DNA from: Adineta vaga
Lineage: Eukaryota > Animalia > Rotifera
DNA: 64,000 nucleotides
Assembly (NCBI GenBank): GCA_021613535.1
Contig: CP075492.1
Location: 682,001 to 746,000, forward strand
Direction: 5' to 3'
Both the position numbers and the translations under genes were made by a program. The notes under the pieces were generated by a model. It saw nothing but the letters and a program-made list of their open reading frames with translations. It made no database searches and was not told where the DNA came from. This document shows, piece after piece, positions 60,366-64,000 of the stretch (position 1 is the stretch's first letter; each line of letters opens with the position of its first letter).

Positions 60366-60389
60366 GTGGGTGTAACCACACGCTCAAGA
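60366..60389. repeat. Minimal remnant of telomere-repeat palindrome element
   Basis: GTGGGTGTAACCACACGCTCAAGA, ~200 nt upstream of the minus-strand LRR gene start. Confidence 0.5.
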
Positions 60390-60757
60390 CGCGTCACTGT
60401 TCATTAGTACACTTTCCAGTTTGACAGAAGAATTTATTTTAAGAAAGGGCGAATCCATGGGAAGCGTACCACGTTTACATCGACCTCCTCAGATTTTGCT
60501 CAAACTTTCGGAGTTTGTAGAACTCGATGAGTTGATCATTTTGGTATAAAAATATCCTACGTTTCTATCTAGTTTGACCAAGAACGGCCCATAATACGGT
60601 TTCATGAAAATGTGCAAGATTGGACGTCCACTAACAGTATGTTGCCTATTTTATCTCCATTAAAAATCGAAATCCTAATTTTTTATACATATTCTGATAG
60701 CTCGTTTTCCGTTCTACCCAACTATATACAACTCAAATAACTTGGCTTAGTCAAGTG

Positions 60758-61809
60758 CAGAGATGCGCAAATACAAATACAATTTGTACTATACTTTCTA
60801 TATATTATTTATAATACATATTCTTGCCAAATTACATGTATTCAAAACGAAGGATCCTTCATTACAACTATGTACACTCATTAGTTTATCTGTATCTCAT
60901 CATCTCTCCTACAGTTATTATTCATGTACTATTATTTATTCAACGTACTTTGGATCTAAAGCGTAGCATTGCGTAGCTTCTACTATTGTGAACTTATCCC
61001 ACTTTGGATCTCAAACCTAGAATCAGTCACCTTATTACAATATGCCCTAGTAGAAACCAGATTTAAATCTAAAAAGTTTATAGCCATGCACTCTCATGTT
61101 CCGTTTAATACAATTATCTAACTGCTAATTCTTTCCATTGCTCTGTCATTTCAATTCTAATGAAAATTGAAATTGATGCTTAACATCTTAACGGTAATCG
61201 TAAAGTATGTACTTTAAAACATTCCTACAAATAGTTACATCGGTAATTAATAAATCATCCCAATACTTAAATTTTATGTGATCTTGCTCGATCTCAATTC
61301 ATATCTTGATGATCGAGCATTATGAATATTTTTATTTTATATAATCTTGCTCGATCTCAAATACTCGATGTGCTAAGCTTTTCTCCTTCACTAAAGCTAA
61401 AACCATATCCTGTTTCATAAAAGACTGTTTCCTATATTTTATCTTTTTTCATCGTTTATAATTGAAGCCATATTCGTTTCAAAGAAACCGCTAGCGAAGT
61501 AATTCCAAATCATCACGCTTCGTTGATTATACGAATCAACAACCGTCACGAACAATACGCAAATTATTTTAACCCTAGTCTCAAAGCACAAGTAACAGAA
61601 GCCCATACATAACACTACAAGCTAGCCGACTCAAAAATTTCGACCCAAAGTATGTTAAATATGCAATAGTACATGAATAGTACATAAAGTACACGACAAC
61701 CGATTCTAAGCTTTAGACCCAAAGTATGTTGAATACACAAGAATACACAATACTGTGTACATGATATAGTCGGTATAGTACAAGTTGTACTTGTATTTGC
61801 GCAGCCCTC
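60758..61809. mobile_element. hAT-like non-autonomous element
   Basis: ~37-bp TIR CAGAGATGCGCAAATACAAATACAATTTGTACTATAC / GTATAGTACAAGTTGTACTTGTATTTGCGCAGCCCTC; GTAC-rich subtermini; TSD decayed. Confidence 0.75.
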
Positions 61810-63071
61810 TATAATTGAGCAAATCGCGATACAACTAGACTTTAGCTAGTGGAGAAAAAAGGACTAAGATTTAATCAACAATCATAGTTTGTTTCATATA
61901 CATTATATAGATAACGAAGTCTGTTTAGATCAATGATATCGTCTATGCACTATAAAATGGTTACTAAATCATAAAGAAAGCAATATGTTCTTTTTTTTTG
62001 ATAAAAATATTGTGTAGAATAATAAAAAGGATAAAAAATAGCTAAAACGCAATCAATCTTATATTGTTCCTCTAAGAAACGATCGAGATCAGAGAACACA
62101 AGGTATTTCCCTCTCGAATGTGTTGATGCTTTTGCGATTTCTTTTGCTCCATTATGTCGAACAGGACGACGACACTACGCTTTAAGTTTGGTCATTACAT
62201 TGATTAAAATTCCAATCTTCAGACGAAGAAAAGATATTCAACAGAAAAAATGATGACCTCCTCTTCACTTATGATCCACTAGTAGCTTATTTTTACTTAG
62301 TTAGTGAAATCCGATTCCAATCGCCACAAATAACTTTTTTACCTTTTGACTGACCTCTTTTCTAATATATTCTGAAGTTCATATAACTCTGTTAGCTCCT
62401 TTTAAGCTTGTTTCGTGTTTATTTAATCTCACTGTAAACACAAGCACACACACATATATATGTAGAGAGAGAAAAACATAGAAAGAGAAATCAGAAAATA
62501 AAGGATCCAGTGGAGGACGCTCTCATTATCTTACGCAACCTTTTTCCATTCGTTTCTCTTTCATCTTTAGCAACACTTCGACGAAGAGTCGAGGACTGAT
62601 CAAGACAATAGTTACACGAATAACTGTGAATAATCGAGTACATGTACAACGATAGAAGAAAGATAAATATAATCTATATATATATATTCATTCACAAAAA
62701 AGATTCATAATTTTTAAACACAATGCGAATTAGAAAATGTACTTTTTCGCAAATTCAATCGTCATATATGACCGAAAAATGTCAGTGAAAATGACAATTA
62801 AGTTCAAGTTCTTGATATCTGAAAATTTGTTTCTCATCAATCTTTATGGGTTATCGAAGTGTGAAATTGTTTGCTTGAATAACTAATAAGATACTGAAAG
62901 AATTTGAAAAGAAACTATTCATGATTTTGTCACATCAAACTAAATAAAATAGGCATTCAAATACTTCCAATTCTATGAGATGGAAACAAATTCTGTCATC
63001 ATGATTTCATGCCATACTCTTTTTTATAAAAAGAAAGAAAATTTGAGATCTTTCTCATTTCCATTTCTAAC

Positions 63072-64000
63072 ATGTCTTCGAATAGTGTAAGTTCTGGTCT
63101 ATTAATTGCTCCAATACAATTGAATATTTATCTTGGATTATTGATATATGTAACTGGTGTTCTTGGTAGTATTGGTAATATAATTATTTACAGATCTCGA
63201 TCATTACGTGATCGAGCTTGTTCGGTTTATTTATTTTGGCGATCTGTTGTTGATTTTATTTATATGAATTCGATTCTTTTAGCACGAATTTTACAGAAAG
63301 GTTTTAAAATTCCCATCATGACACGATATGAATTTTTGTTTAAAATTCGTCAATTCGGTTCGAGTTATGTTAATCAACTTGCTTTTACTTTCTTAGCATT
63401 GGCAACACTTGATCGAATTTTCTTAGCACATCGATCACCTGGTAAGTCGAGTGAATTCTTTTCTTTTTCGCAAAAATTCTTTCTTTAATTTTAGGCCTTC
63501 GTCGATGGGGAAATCGTATTCCTTTAGCTAAAAAACTCGTCATTATGTCTAATATCATATGATTAATTGCACTTTGTCATAAATTAATTTGGTATGGCGG
63601 AGCAGCAAACGGAAAATGTGAAGCTCAACCAGGTTTCTATGCTTATTTCGACAATATATTCGGTGCAATTGTCACCTGTCTTTTCCCAATGGTTGTTTTA
63701 ACTATACTTGGAATTTTAATTGGGCGAAGTGTTCATCGTGTTGCTCAACGACGGCGGGTTGTTCCAGCAGTAACAAATGGTGGAGGAACTCATGCGGAAC
63801 AATCTGCTATACAAAAAATGGATGTACAGTTGACAATTATGCTCTTCTTGGATATATTTGTGGCAATGATTTCATTTTTACCATATGCAGTAAATTTAAT
63901 ATATGGAAATATTACGGGAAATTGGTCAAAATCAGCATTACAAGTTGCTTGGGAAAATATTATCGGTGAAATTATTAATTTATTATCTTATACATTTTTT
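63072..64000 (+). pseudogene. Rhodopsin-like GPCR with a premature stop (runs off window end)
   Basis: GSIGN TM1, ATLDR TM3, intron 63442-63494, in-frame TGA at 63560-63562 where a TM4 Trp is expected; frame then stays open through FLPY (TM6). Confidence 0.8.

Overview
AT-rich eukaryotic DNA, most likely a bdelloid rotifer (inference from ~50-60 nt GT-AG introns, (TGTGGG/TGAGGG)n repeats and the typical expanded NHL, F-box/LRR, ART-TPR and GPCR families). It looks like a TE-dense, gene-decay (subtelomeric-type) region with one 23-N assembly gap. Large elements: a hAT transposon with an intact transposase inserted in an OB-fold gene, a decayed Helitron, and a complete young Ty3/gypsy LTR retrotransposon (identical 164-bp LTRs, 5-bp TSD). 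There are also many MITEs. Apparently intact genes: MAM-domain protein, FABP, a 28-exon F-box-like/LRR gene, TMEM272-like, choline/ethanolamine kinase, a Cys-rich 2-TM protein and two orphans. Several pseudogenes are present, one resembling a bacterial M14 peptidase. The most unusual signal is a family of about 11 short palindromic elements built from inverted telomere-type repeats (consensus ATCTTGAGGGTGTGGG...core...CCCACACCCTCAAGAT). They lie at gene ends, bracket several genes, have been hit by other transposons, and in one case are fused directly onto a truncated LRR exon.
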